DNA of 64,000 bases from Marsupella aquatica (lineage: Eukaryota; Plantae; Marchantiophyta): contig OZ316896.1 of assembly GCA_973895155.1 (NCBI GenBank), positions 1,612,001 to 1,676,000 of the forward strand, read 5' to 3'. This document shows, piece by piece, positions 1 through 12,303 of this stretch. Under the pieces are notes generated by a model. The model was not told the origin of the DNA and searched no databases. It was given only the letters and a program-made list of their open reading frames with translations. Position 1 is the first letter of the stretch, and every line of letters begins with the position of its first letter. The position numbers and the translations under genes were made by a program.

Positions 1-1509
1 CTGATCATCGGGTGCCGACCCGATTCTTCCACCTTCAATATTCTCATGAATGGTTTCGGAAAAGCTGGCAAGCTTGAAATGACGGGAAAGTTGATTAAAG
101 AGATGAAAGACAAATGTTGCGAGCCAACTGTGGTAACCTTTGGAGTCCTCGTGAATGTTCTTTGCAAGGCTGGATTGCAGGATGAGGCATACGCTCTGTT
201 CACCTCGAACAAGGCTCTGGCGAACGTGGTAGTCTACAATACAATGCTACATGGGCTGGGCAAGATAGGACGCATTCAACAAGCTCTGAAGCTCTTTAAA
301 GAGATGGAGGCGAAGGGTTTTACCCCTCAAGTAAAAACTGTGAATATAGTCATACGAAGTCTTGGCCATGCAAAGAGGGTTGACGACGCATGGCATCTTT
401 TTAAAGAAATGACCTCTAAGGGTTTGGTCCCGGATTTGTTTACATATAATGTGATGCTTAGAATTTTAATAAAGGTTGCTAGAGTGGACGAGGCATTAAA
501 ACTTCTGGAAGAGATGACTAGAAGAAGGTGCATGCCTGATATTGTGACATATGGCACTCTCCTTTGTGGACTCAGAGACATAGGTGAGGTCGATGATGCT
601 CGGAAGCTGTTTGAACTGATGAGAGTTACTGGGGTGAAACCTAATGTCATTGTCTATGATGCTCTGATTGGTGCTCTATGCCAGGGAGGTAAACTCGATG
701 AAGGTATCAGGATGTTCAATGAAATGATCGCAGATGGCTGCACACCTGACGAGGTTGTTTGTGTAACGATATTTGGCAATTTATTGAAGGCAGGTAGAGT
801 TTATGAAGCTCAACAGCTCTTTGATAGGATGGATAACAAGGATGTGCAGATGTACTTGATGGCTTACAACACTGCTCTTCACGGACTGGGGAAGTCAGGA
901 AAAGGGGAAAGGCTGTGGAGTCTGTTCCAAGAAATGCTACGCACTGGCTGCCAGCCAGATGTGATCACATACAACACTCTCATTGCCCACCTTGGCAAAT
1001 CCGGAAATGTGGATGGAGCCTACCAGTTGTTCTTTGACATGCAAGTTTCAGGTTGCAGTCCAGATGTGGTTAGTTACAGCACCCTTATTGATGTACTTTG
1101 CAGAGAAGGAAGGACTGTGCAAGCGTTGGAGCTGTTTGAAGATATGAATGACAGGGGGATAGCTCCAAATGTAGTTACATATGGATCAATCATTAAGGGT
1201 CTTTGCCGGGCAGGCCAGTTTAAGAGGGCCCACTCGATTTACAAGAAAATGATGGACCAGGGATGCCTACCGAACGAGATCGCGTATAATACTCTGATAC
1301 GAGGCTTTAGCGGTTCTCCTGAACATGTTGATGAGTGCTATGTTCTGTTCAAAGAAATGACAGACAAAGGTTACTTGTCCAATCATCTTACATCACGCCT
1401 GCTCGTGAAATCTCTCAAGAAGGCGGGAAAGCTGGATGAGGTACACTTTGTGAGGTTGAGATCGTCCAAAGTCAGAAGGGCAAACAGCTCGGTAGCTGAT
1501 GCGCTGTGA
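1..1509 (+). CDS. P-class pentatricopeptide repeat (PPR) protein, 5'-partial
   Basis: About 13 tandem 35-aa PPR motifs (e.g. PDVITYNTLIAHLGKSGNVDGAYQLFFDMQVSGC). The frame is open from base 1 (LIIGCRPDSSTFNILM), so the start lies upstream of the window. No E/DYW domain. Confidence 0.95.
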   Translation: MIIGCRPDSSTFNILMNGFGKAGKLEMTGKLIKEMKDKCCEPTVVTFGVLVNVLCKAGLQDEAYALFTSNKALANVVVYNTMLHGLGKIGRIQQALKLFKEMEAKGFTPQVKTVNIVIRSLGHAKRVDDAWHLFKEMTSKGLVPDLFTYNVMLRILIKVARVDEALKLLEEMTRRRCMPDIVTYGTLLCGLRDIGEVDDARKLFELMRVTGVKPNVIVYDALIGALCQGGKLDEGIRMFNEMIADGCTPDEVVCVTIFGNLLKAGRVYEAQQLFDRMDNKDVQMYLMAYNTALHGLGKSGKGERLWSLFQEMLRTGCQPDVITYNTLIAHLGKSGNVDGAYQLFFDMQVSGCSPDVVSYSTLIDVLCREGRTVQALELFEDMNDRGIAPNVVTYGSIIKGLCRAGQFKRAHSIYKKMMDQGCLPNEIAYNTLIRGFSGSPEHVDECYVLFKEMTDKGYLSNHLTSRLLVKSLKKAGKLDEVHFVRLRSSKVRRANSSVADAL

Positions 1510-2820
1510 TGGTCTAATATGAGATCAATAAGTGGAAATCCGTATTGTGCACGGCGTCTATTGGGACTGCGCAAACTTGCCGAAGCCTGTGTAGACTTCT
1601 TCACATCTTTGAACACGAATGTAAGTTCTTAGTCATGTCTCTTAGCAGTACTTCGTTTCCTTTAACCATTTGCAAGTTGTTCAGCCACTAGGAAAGAACT
1701 GATCGAGAAATTTAAGAGCATGAAATGAGCAATTTTGTGCTTATTGTTAACTGACCAAATCTTTGAATGTTGAACAGTGGCTGATGAGAACTTAAGCCAT
1801 GTTGGAGTTCACACCCACCGAGACCACCAAATAGCTGGACGATGATGTTGAAGAGAATCTTCTCTATTTTGGACAACCACGGCTTTGGGTCAGTATATAT
1901 TGTTTGCTGATTAAGTGTTCTAACGCAGCATGTCTCGGCAAAGGATCTCAAAGGAATCCTAGGCAGTACGGAATGTTAATCTAGCTTGAGAAGTTCCGAA
2001 TTTTAAACTCAGTGAGAAGCCCCAAGATCTGGCCATGGAGGGATGGATTAGATCAAAATTCAGCATACAATGATAATTTCCTAAGGATGTCCTGCATGCC
2101 TTTTCTCATTACCGCTAAGCCTTGGTCAATGAACTCACCAACCCACCACCACAATCCTATAGAACCAGAAGTCCCGACCAGTCTCTGTAACATTTCGATG
2201 GAGGGAGGGTTCAATCTCAATTCAATTCTCAACCAAAATTCATGATTGAATGTTAAGGGTCTAGTCTTTCATCAGTTGCATACTCTTGCCCACCCATCTC
2301 GCAGCTCATAATTGAAGAAGGTAGCTAGCTAACGTTGAGCTACTACCCTAGCGTGCAATTCTGGTGAGTGCGAGCCCCACTTGAGCCGATAAGATCCCAT
2401 AATACTCAATGCCCTTGTCCAAAAACGTATAATCTCTAGTCTTACACAAGGGATAGAAAACGGAGAGCCAAGTGCTGTTATAATTCATAGAGTAACTTAG
2501 CATTTTTATTTGAATGCATCACTACTGGCGGATTGAAGTACAGTTCAAGGGCAGACTTAGCGTTAATGATTTGGAGCTGCAAAACAGGGAACCAAAGTAC
2601 GGATGCACCGAAACATTGTCCCTGCCCACCCTATGGATTGAGTAAACTGATCGGCCAGTTTACACCACTGGGTCAGCTGTGTTTTTTATGGAATTTTGGG
2701 ACCCCAAATACGTTTCAAGTGCCCCAATCGTGAATTACTGGTTTTGCCAGACTAGCCCATTTATTTGGATAACTTTCGAATCTCTATCTAAAGCTGAGAG
2801 TTAGTGAGTGTGCTCGGACA

Positions 2821-3260
2821 TGTCATGCTTGACAAAGATTTCGATTGTCGCTTGGGTGATTTTTGGACTGGCAAGATTGTCTGACCACGACACCGCACCA
2901 CCCATACAGCAGTTCTGGCAGGGACCCCAGGATATATGGCTCCAGAGCTTTTGATATATGGCTCCAGAGCTTTTTTACACTTTGAAAGCCACAGAGAAAA
3001 CGGATGTGTACAGCTTGGGAGCAATGGTGCTTGAGGTGGCTATAAGTAATAAATCTAATACGTGCAACAGAAGGTTGGAACGGACTTGTAAATTGGGTTG
3101 TGGGACCTTTGCGGAAACTACACATTCTTGGACGCCGAGATTTACGACTACAAAATTCATATGATCGGGGCAAGATGATCATGTTCTTGAAGATTGTCCT
3201 AGCCTGTTGCCTAAGTTTCACGCAACCCATCACCCAGCCGGGCTCAGTTGAGGCAGTATA
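2821..3260 (+). pseudogene. Receptor-like kinase (LecRK-type) kinase-domain fragment
   Basis: Frameshifted motifs VMLDKDFDCRLGDF/GLARL, AVLAGTPGYMAPE and KATEKTDVYSLGAMVLEVA. A 22-bp tandem duplication GATATATGGCTCCAGAGCTTTT lies at 2931-2974. Confidence 0.85.
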
Positions 3261-4536
3261 TGTCTGTTACAAGCTCTGACTTGATCACAAGGTTTTATTT
3301 CACAGATTTTTTAGGATCTTTATAAAGTAATGAAATGGAACTCAAAACAAAATAAGTAATAAATTTTTCTATTATCAGGGTGAGTCAGTCTAGGGATCTC
3401 GTTCGATGCCAAGCTATGTGCGCCAGTCTTTTGTTAATCCAGTCTTTTGTTAATCCACTGCATGAGGCATTCCCACAATTGGCCGTGTGTGCTTTAGTAA
3501 TATGTGATAATTTAATGCTGAACGGGTGAGAGAGCCCTCTGGAGCTCTTAGATGTCCAAGATCCTTCGAATTAATTCAGCAATTTGTGAGAAAATTGCAA
3601 AGCTCATCAGCGTGTGAGTCGGAAATGGATTGAGCCGGCCTGCAAGCTGCTGGTTCTTGGTCTATCTGTCCAACTGACCAAATTTGTAGGGCATAAGAGA
3701 ATGTAGAGAAGAAAATTGATTCTCTCCTCGGGAAGTACATCCAATTTCGGATCGCCAATATCCACTTCATTTATCCTCGGGACGTAACATCCAATTGATT
3801 CTCTCCTCGGGACATAATATCCTGCTACTCGTGTTCATCGAACAGTTTTGATAAACGTAAATTACTTGTCTTACTAGCCCCAGCGCATGAGGTGCAACAA
3901 CATGCACCTCATGTAGCACGTCGATCTGCTGGCACATTTCACGAAAATGCATTGATGTTCGGTGGATGCTGAAGCATAAATAATATTGCTGGGAGGATGC
4001 AAGGTTTTAGAGTCGACAAACTAAATAAGCATTAAATACGCTGGAAGTCACCTGAATCTTGGTGAGCTCAGTTCTGGAATACGGCCATTGGCACCATTGA
4101 TATATTTGCCGTCTTCAGGGGCTGTTTGCCTCTAAATAAGCTTTCGGTCAATTTCTTCAGAGTAATGTCGTGCGTGACTTGTAAGTTGTTTGGGGCCGGT
4201 GTTTCACGAGGTTGCTATACCCTAGCCTGCAGCACACTAGAAAAATTTGCGTGAATTGCGTGACTGTACACGAACTGATTCACAGGAAATCATACATAGG
4301 ACTAGTCTAGATATACAAGTCATTCCAGCTTTGCAACGAGCTTATTGGACCCGCGTTGAGTTGTGTACTGTAGATCAATCAACACGTCTTGTGCTCTGTA
4401 TGTTATGTGAATAGAGTGTACCTTGCGCGTTCACTTTGAGCTCTCAATTGTCATTGACTTGCTATGCTGTGACAATCGATCCCGATGGATCGATAACAAC
4501 CGTCTGGTCTGAGTATCGTTAAATATCTGGAGCAGT

Positions 4537-5520
4537 ATGACTTTTCCCAAGGGCAGGAGCGTTGCTTGTACACTTCCTCGGCATTTTGATTTGCTCTTCT
4601 TCGCCCTCGTGATTTTTAGTTCGTCGGTTGCACTGGGACAGTCCCCTGCCGTCTTTCATTACGGTAACAGCTTCCAGACGAGTGATGGCGTTCAATTGGT
4701 GAACATAACCCTTACAGTACCAGATGCTCCAAACATTAACATTATTGAAATCCACGATGTCAACTTGACGTGTCATGCTGATTTTCATCTCGTTAATACC
4801 AGTCTTGTGCTGACCAGCCGGGTAGGAATGACTAAGGGCAATTTTTCAGGGAGGTGCTTCTACAACTTGCCCATCCAGCTTAATCCTTTCTGCACTTCGT
4901 TTACTGCGAACTCTTTCAGCACAATGTTTCAAGTCGCGATAAGTTCCCAATTGAATTCGTCTCTGGACCACAGACTAGGTTTCGTCCTGATGGCCGATAA
5001 CTCCACGCAGGATGAGGGTTGCTGGGATCTGAATCACACCTTCAATGGGCAGGCCTCATCGAACGGTCGTTGCTTTGCCGTCGCTGAAATCAAATTCTTC
5101 CACGATGATCCATACACCTTCTCTGTTGGTGCAGCTCCAAATTTTACCCGCGTTCCATGGAGCGACTATAGTTATTCCGAGTTCCTTTCGTTACGAGTGT
5201 GGATACAATACCAAGGTGACGCTAAGATCCTAGAAGTATTTATTGCTGGGGGGCTCAAGAGTGGCATGCTAGGAAATTTTCCTCCCAAGCCCACGCTGCC
5301 AATCATTTCCACTGCTGTAGATCTGACCGAACGAGTGAACTCAAATTTCTCTCTATTCGGCCTCTCGACGCTGTTTGTGGGATTTTCGGTGTCCGGGAAT
5401 TCCTCTGCGTCTGCGTTGGGTCCGAGCAATAGTGACGTTCTGTACATGATCGATGCGTGGACTTTCAATTCCAACGGGTTCGCTCCAGACTTTGACAATG
5501 TAACGCCGTCAGAGGAATAA
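4537..5520 (+). CDS. Secreted legume (L-type) lectin-like protein, no TM or kinase domain
   Basis: Hydrophobic signal peptide LLFFALVIFSSSVALG. Lectin_legB-like motifs SGRCFYNLPIQL, SFSTMFQVAI, LRVWIQY, KPTLPIISTAVDL, LFVGFSVS, IDAWTFNS. Confidence 0.8.
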   Translation: MTFPKGRSVACTLPRHFDLLFFALVIFSSSVALGQSPAVFHYGNSFQTSDGVQLVNITLTVPDAPNINIIEIHDVNLTCHADFHLVNTSLVLTSRVGMTKGNFSGRCFYNLPIQLNPFCTSFTANSFSTMFQVAISSQLNSSLDHRLGFVLMADNSTQDEGCWDLNHTFNGQASSNGRCFAVAEIKFFHDDPYTFSVGAAPNFTRVPWSDYSYSEFLSLRVWIQYQGDAKILEVFIAGGLKSGMLGNFPPKPTLPIISTAVDLTERVNSNFSLFGLSTLFVGFSVSGNSSASALGPSNSDVLYMIDAWTFNSNGFAPDFDNVTPSEE

Positions 5521-6460
5521 CCAATGGAATCCAGGGAATAACCTTCTGCGTTTGCACATTCTTGCTCTGCTTCGATTGTCAAGGGAATTATGTTTCAATG
5601 ATTTAATGATTCGAATGCGGATCAAATTCAATTCTTTTAGGGATTAGAGTTCAACGGGCTGACAGGAATAACCAATGGAATCCGTCCTTCGTATTGAGGG
5701 TTCATGTGCATGAGATCTCTTCCTCTTTGCCATGTCTGTGAAGGCCTTGCTTGCCTGACTGCACTTTACTCGTCTCTTTCTCTACCAATGACTAATTTAT
5801 GGTGTTTCATTCAGTCCTTGTGTGCTGGTGATTGCAATTGTGATGTTTCCTCAGTCCTTTGTTTGGTCGTTTTCACATTTCATTTTTGTGTTTTGTTCTC
5901 TCATTACCCGATATCCCTCAGCAATCTGAGTATTGTCATCCCAGATGCGCCTTCGGTACTATCGAGCGTTTATGTTACCTTGAAAGTTTGGGTGATAAAA
6001 TGGCAGTTCTGGTTATCATGTCGGTCACGTACATGTGTAGGCCTTTCCAGTTAGCCATTAAAGCTATGTGGGTTTTAATCGTTGAACTTAAGAAATGTAC
6101 CTGCTTGCGTAGATATGAAGATTGAATTAATTGGTTCTAACCCATACTCTGGGAATGTTTTGTAAGTGGGAAATATCTGTAGTTTCCATGCAAAGAAGCT
6201 TATGATTATAACCAGAAAATAAACATAGAATTAAGAATGTTGATTCACTGATATATGTTGAGACTGTAATGACAATGTATATGATTTTTTTTATCTTAGG
6301 AAAGAGATGGAGGAACTAAGCAAGACAGTGCTTGATGGGAAAAATGCGGTTACGAAATTTAGCAAATCTGGGCAGACAGATCTAGGAAGGCTGGAACTGA
6401 AATCCTTATAATTATGTGAAGGAGCTGGTTGTGGTTGTGAAGGAGCTGGTTGCTGAAAAA

Positions 6461-6768
6461 GGGGTAAGGCACGCGTGACAGTAAACAGGTTTACTGGTAC
6501 CAGGAAAATTTTTCCTGTTACGAGCAAAAAGTTACTATTACCAGGAAAAATATCCATGTCAAAATATTTTCTAAAAAATTTTATTTTCCAAAAAATCTAA
6601 GTTATAACATTTTTTGGCTAGCTTTGGGCGCTAGCAAAAAAAAAAAAACCTTTTTTTTTCCCAAAAAAAAATTTCAAAAAAATTTCAAAAAAATTATCAC
6701 TCATTTTCCTGTTACCAGTTTATGTTTTCTGTTACTGTTTGCTGTTTCCTGTCGTTTGTAAATACCCC
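6461..6768. mobile_element. MITE with GGGGTA..TACCCC termini
   Basis: Imperfect TIRs (GGGGTA...GACAG(T/G)AAACAG), poly-A/T-rich core, direct repeat CTGAAAAA at 6453-6460 and 6769-6776. Confidence 0.75.
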
Positions 6769-7494
6769 CTGAAAAAGAGACAAGTGGGCAAAACTTGGAG
6801 GAGAGTATACATCAGGCTGGGACTGAGGAGGCGGAGGCGGAGCAGATCCGTTCATCAAATAGACTGAAACAATATTTATCTGATGATTACATTTGTTTGT
6901 TATCTCATTCCACATACAGCGTCTTCGAGCATATATATGGAACTCACCTTGCTTGCTGATAACAAGTTGTTGAACCTAGATACCTCGCCCACTTTATTGT
7001 CTGGTTTTTTACAGCAGTATTTCTCTACTTTTGTAGTAGAAGGGGTCATTGCTGAGTATAAGGACTTACGGGACTCAGTTTTGGGAGTACAATATTTTTT
7101 ACGTGGTGGTTTTGGATTGCTAGCACTGAGGATTATGGAGAGCATTATCAATGATGAAGTACATACAGGTACAAAGGAATAGAGTGTATATGTCGGGGGA
7201 AATGTGAGTCAGTGGAAGTGCAAGCTGTGGCAGAGAATCCAGTGCCGATGACAGAGTACACAGACTACATGAAATAGTTCAAGTCGGATCGAGACCCTGG
7301 GCCCTCAGCTTATATAATACGGGTAGGACGTGCGAACACTTCAAGGGTATTTTTAATTCATCCCAAACTAATTATTATAAGATAGTTAGAAGATAATAAG
7401 GGTGGGTTTTTTAGTGTCGAATAGGTTTTAAGTAACAAGGTATTTTTGAAACTCCCATTTATTATATTTTGGCAAGGGGGTAGTAATTTATCGC

Positions 7495-7527
7495 AACACG
7501 TGGCAGTATATGATTGGTCCACGTGTC
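7495..7527 (+). promoter_or_regulatory. Conserved G-box/ABRE-like plus inverted CCAAT module ~200 bp inside the E1 left end
   Basis: ACACGTGGCA...GATTGGTCCACGTGTC. Equivalent motifs at the same offset in E2 (~21065-21097) and, reversed, in E3 (~34809-34843). Confidence 0.5.
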
Positions 7528-10500
7528 TACTGTTAGTTGGTACTCATTATATTAATGTTTTAATATATTGCTACTATAAGGTCCCTTCTGAATGTTTGTT
7601 TTGTGCGGGGTTTTGTGGTGGGGTTTAGGCAGGGGTTTGGGTCTGGTTTGGGTGGGGTTTTCCAGGTTTTCAGGTTTTGGTCCTGACAACTTTGCTTCAA
7701 GGTTAATGGGGGTCCGGGCGGGGGGTATTAGAGTGGTGGCAGGAGTGTGAGGCGACGGATGAGATTGACTCTCCATCATATCGTGCACCGATCGTGCGAT
7801 GACGATAAGGCTAGGGAGAGGGCCAATGTGTTTGAATAGGATTAGGGCGCAGGCTCCTTGTCCCTCTCCCCCCTCCCCGCCCTCCCCGCGTCCCTCCTGG
7901 CATTCCGTGGAGGCCTCATTCCTTGGTTCATTCCTCACTCGGTCCCCTGCTTGCTACCGATTGAGCTCGCTTCCCGGCTCGCTTCGACCTTTTCTCATTG
8001 TTTTTGCAATCTTGCTGCAGCAGTGATCGCATTCACCATCCCCGCCGCCATCACTTGTTTCTGGTCTCTGTCATCGCTGGAGCTTCGCACATTGCTGCCA
8101 TCGCCTTCAGCAGATGTGCTTGCCACCTCCGCCATCACTAGAGCTTTGTTCATTGCCGCCATCGCCTTCACGGGCGCCTTCAGCAGCTGTGCTCGCCGCC
8201 TCCGCTTCAGCTCGGGCTTCAACTCTATGACCGGGTCTACGACTCACTCGATTGACAGGGCCGAGGATAGGGCTTGTTGTTTTGATGTTCTTTGGTCGTT
8301 TGCCATTGCCTGCGCTCACTGTCTCTTGGACCCGATTCCCGACTGTCTTTGCTTGTCATCTCCGCTCCCGTCTCCGCTGCTGTGGTGACACTTTTTGTGA
8401 CTCTTGGCCCAACTCTTGGTGACCATTTTTTTGCTTCAAGGTTTTCTTGGTGCATTCGCAGTTTGGTTTCTTGGTGCTTTCTTTTGAACGGGCTTTTGAA
8501 CTTTTAACTCTAAATGCTTCCATTTCTCGCAGTTGTTGTTGCCAAGGCTTAAGCACATACATATTGTCAATGTTGCTGACAGTTTAGATAGGGTTAGAGT
8601 TGTGTGCATTGCGATGGCTTCTGGTGCCTCCCTGCGTCCCTCGTGGCGTTCTATGTCGGGGTCATGCCTCGGCTCATTTCGATGATGGTCCCCCGCTTGC
8701 TCCCGGGCTTGCTGTCATCCGCGTTCTTCTCTCTTTGTTCCAAGTTCTTTTTGCAATCTTGTTGCAGTGATCGCATCTGCCATCCGTGTCGCCATTGCTT
8801 GTCCATGGTCTCCGCCATTGCTGAAGCTCGGGCTAGAGCTCCACTCGTCGCCGCCATCGTCTTTAGCAGCTGTGCTTGTCGCCATTGCTTTATCAAAGCC
8901 TCTGGTTGTTGTCATTTATCGCCTTTAGCACCTATGCTCATTGCCATCATCAGTCTGGTTACTTTGTCCCATGTTTGTCAAATTTGATCCTTCCATTTTG
9001 CAATTGTGGTGACAATGCGTGGGGATTTTTGGGTGCAGGTTTGAGATGGGGTTTATTGCTTTCATACACGGAACCAGTGCTGGAAGGCCTGCTGGAAGGG
9101 CGAGGGGTACAAGCAACAGCAAGCGACCAAGTGCAGGCATTCGGATCAACTAATAGGTGATTTTCTCCTCTTCCCTTCCTGACTTCCTTTCTTTAGTCTC
9201 TCCATGTAGAATGCAATGAGTTCTTTCAGACAGTATCTTGCCATTTAATGATTGACTATTTGTGGTGCTTTCAGGGTTTATGTCCATTGCGAGGACAGTG
9301 CATTGTTGACCAGAGACAAATTTTGGGTTTGCGTTGTGGTCCAAGCCTGGTGGTCAGTTGTTGGTGGGCTCACTTCCCCACCCATTGCGAGAAAGCTGGA
9401 GGTCTCCAGTTCATGTGGGAGGTAAAGAATTCCCTCTCGCACTTCTCTCTCCCCCAGATAAAATGCTATGAGTTGTCATTGTGTGCTGCCATCTTAGGTT
9501 CTCTTCTGTGACAATCCTTGCTACTGTCATCTGTGTAGGTAAAATCTAGTCAATGACAACTCGCAAGCATTGGTGACAGTTTTTGGGCATTTGGGGTGCA
9601 GGACCAAGCTTTGGCAATCCGTTTGCTCTAAAGGTGAAGGAGCAACAGTGGAAGGTCCAAAGTTTAGCCGCTAGGTAACTATTCCTCTCCTATCCTCTTT
9701 CTTCAATTTCTCATCGGAGATCAAATGTTGTGATTTATTGTGATGAGAGGTAGCCATCATAGTTGACAGTTTGTTGTGCTTTGAACATTTAGCTACAATT
9801 TTCACCTCATTATTTATGGTTCCATTTATTTTGTATGCACCTATAGGTAACACTCGTTGTTGATTTGAAGACCGTCAATACTTCTGAGAAGCTAGACGGG
9901 ACATCAAAGAAGCGACATTGACTGGACGTTCATTCTAGGTGTGGGTCTCAATTTTGGCAGTCTATTGGTGGAGGGGCCAGAGTGACAGAGCAAGTGGAAG
10001 TGGGGAGTTCAGCTTTGCGGTAACATGTCCTTCCCTTTCTTTTGTTTGTGAAGTGCAAATTGTGACCAGTTTTATTGCAGCTTGTATCTCCTTGTGTGAA
10101 AGTGTCTTTTGTATCTGGAGGTAACACTTGATGTTGATTTGACGAACGTGGTCAGTTCAGACAAGTTAGACGGGACGTCAAAGAAGGTCGAGAAGGTTGG
10201 TGGATGGGCCATAGTGGCAGCAAGTGGGCGTGCGGAGCTCAGCTTTGCGGTAACATTTCCTCTCCCCTTTTCGTCTATGAAGTTAAATTGCTAATCCGTT
10301 TCATCTGCCCTTATTTGTAGATGACAGTATTTTGTGCTTTCAGGTTTCCTCTCCATTTTCACACTCCTCCTTTCACTAACACATATAATCCTGTCAGTTT
10401 GTGTTGACGGCAACTCAAGACAGCGGCAGCTGCACCACTTCAAAGGGCAACAGGAGGAGGTACCAGGCCAGGGTTACTTCAGGTAACCATCACCATTCTT

Positions 10501-11230
10501 CACAGACGCTATCCTTCCCTCTTTGGTGACATGTTTTTGTGTTTCAGGGTTTCCTTTCTGTTTTGACAAGTCTCCCAATGTTTTACCTGCGCAGATACTG
10601 TTACTTTGCTACGAGCAATCTCATAATCAGCGCGGGAATCTACAACAAGGGCGACACTCAAAAGGGCGTTAGGGCGACAACAACTGTTACATATGAAAGT
10701 TTACCTTTCCGGTGAGCACTCCCGTACCCATTTTTTAATTGCTGGAGCGCTGGACATGAAATGCTTTGAGTTCATTGTGATAGGATGTAGCCGTCTTGGT
10801 GCTAGTTTGTTTTTCTTTAATTGAAGGGTTTCTCTTGTTGTTTAATGTCCCATGTTTTTGTTTACGCAGGTAACACTCGATGTTGATTTGAAGAACACTC
10901 GATGTTGATTTGAAGAACACTCGATGGTGAATTGAAGAACGTGGTGACTTCTGAGAAGTTAGACAGGATCAATATCAAAGAAGGTCAAGACTGAAAAGGT
11001 AAAGTAACACAAGAAGCTCACCATATGGATATCACCTAACTTGGAACTTTTACAGTCCCTCACAATGTACGCTAGTTGTGTGCTATTTTGCCTTATTGTT
11101 AGCCGGGTTCTTTACATTGAATTTGACAGATTTCCTTCTGTTTGAAGGTGACGGACTTCAGCTTGAAGGTCACCGCGGGATCAAGCACCTTTTGTTTTGT
11201 GCACAAGGTGAGACTCAGGCTACTGCAGCC

Positions 11231-11638
11231 ATGGTGTCAACCCGCTCTCGGACTTTGGCCGCCCTCCAAGCTAAGGCACTCAGATTGAAAGAGAAATTGG
11301 AATATATGGGCATTCTAAAAGGACCCATTCTATGTTTGTTTGGCTGTGTACCTCCTCGTTTGTTGACTAGGCGCACTCTTTGGAGTAAGAGGGTCAACCC
11401 GACAGCAATTTTGTTCTTCAGATTGGTAGATGGTGTCCAGGGCGAGATGATCACCGGGGGTTGTCTCCATCCCCATTCCCTTAGGTGTTTGGCTTGTGAT
11501 GTGCACCCCGATGCATATATCAAGCATGATTGGGCCTTCAAAGCAAAGCACGCCCAAAAGTTGTGTCGATTGTGGCACACTGACCTGTATGTGAATGGTA
11601 CTGGTATCATTAGTGATACAGCCCCCGCAGAGGCTTAG
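11231..11638 (+). CDS. Possible E1 accessory ORF (135 aa from the ATG), unknown function
   Basis: Open frame MVSTRSR...APAEA with Cys/His residues, downstream of repeated exon-like modules at ~9847, ~10120 and ~10870. No homolog recognised. Confidence 0.3.
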   Translation: MVSTRSRTLAALQAKALRLKEKLEYMGILKGPILCLFGCVPPRLLTRRTLWSKRVNPTAILFFRLVDGVQGEMITGGCLHPHSLRCLACDVHPDAYIKHDWAFKAKHAQKLCRLWHTDLYVNGTGIISDTAPAEA

Positions 11639-12303
11639 GCTCAATTAGTGTACTCCAATCGGATTTTGTATATTTTGGCATGTGATCGACTCAGGATCAA
11701 TTACATTAGTGTCTTGCACAATACTAGACCAGTAGGACTAGGTGGGGTGTAGCGAGCCATCTGGTTTTTATGGAAATGACCCCTAGTAGTCACCTGTCAA
11801 TAGCGTTGTGCTAGTTGGCACCAAACATTTTGTAAACATAATTTATATAACTATACAGTCAGTGAATTTGTATGGAAGTAGCCATCGGTCTCAAGAGTCT
11901 GAGTTTCCGACTCAATGGGAAACGATGATGATGAGAGTGCGGAATTTTGTAAAGCAAAATTTTGACTGTGGCAACATCCGGAAAAGTTCCTATGACCAGT
12001 AGTGCTTGCTCTACTTCAACTTGACAAACTTGGGATGATCTACAGGTGTGGTACGTACTAAGCACCGGAGGTCGGACGGCCAATAGCAAAGACGTGACCA
12101 AAGCTTCACCTACAAAATTCACTGGTACGTTCCGCACCAGTGATTTATTTAGAGTTGAATAGGAAATTATTTAGGGTTGTTTCTTGGTTCTACAGTTATT
12201 TTATCAGGTGGAATGTGCTTTGGCAAACAGGGCTTGTGTTTGTAAAGGTAAAGCATCATTTTGGTTTTGTCATTTCTGCTATAGACATAGGAATTGCTTG
12301 CAG

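Noticed and set aside
1700-2480. Possible LINE remnant on the minus strand
   Set aside because: No diagnostic RT or endonuclease motif readable.
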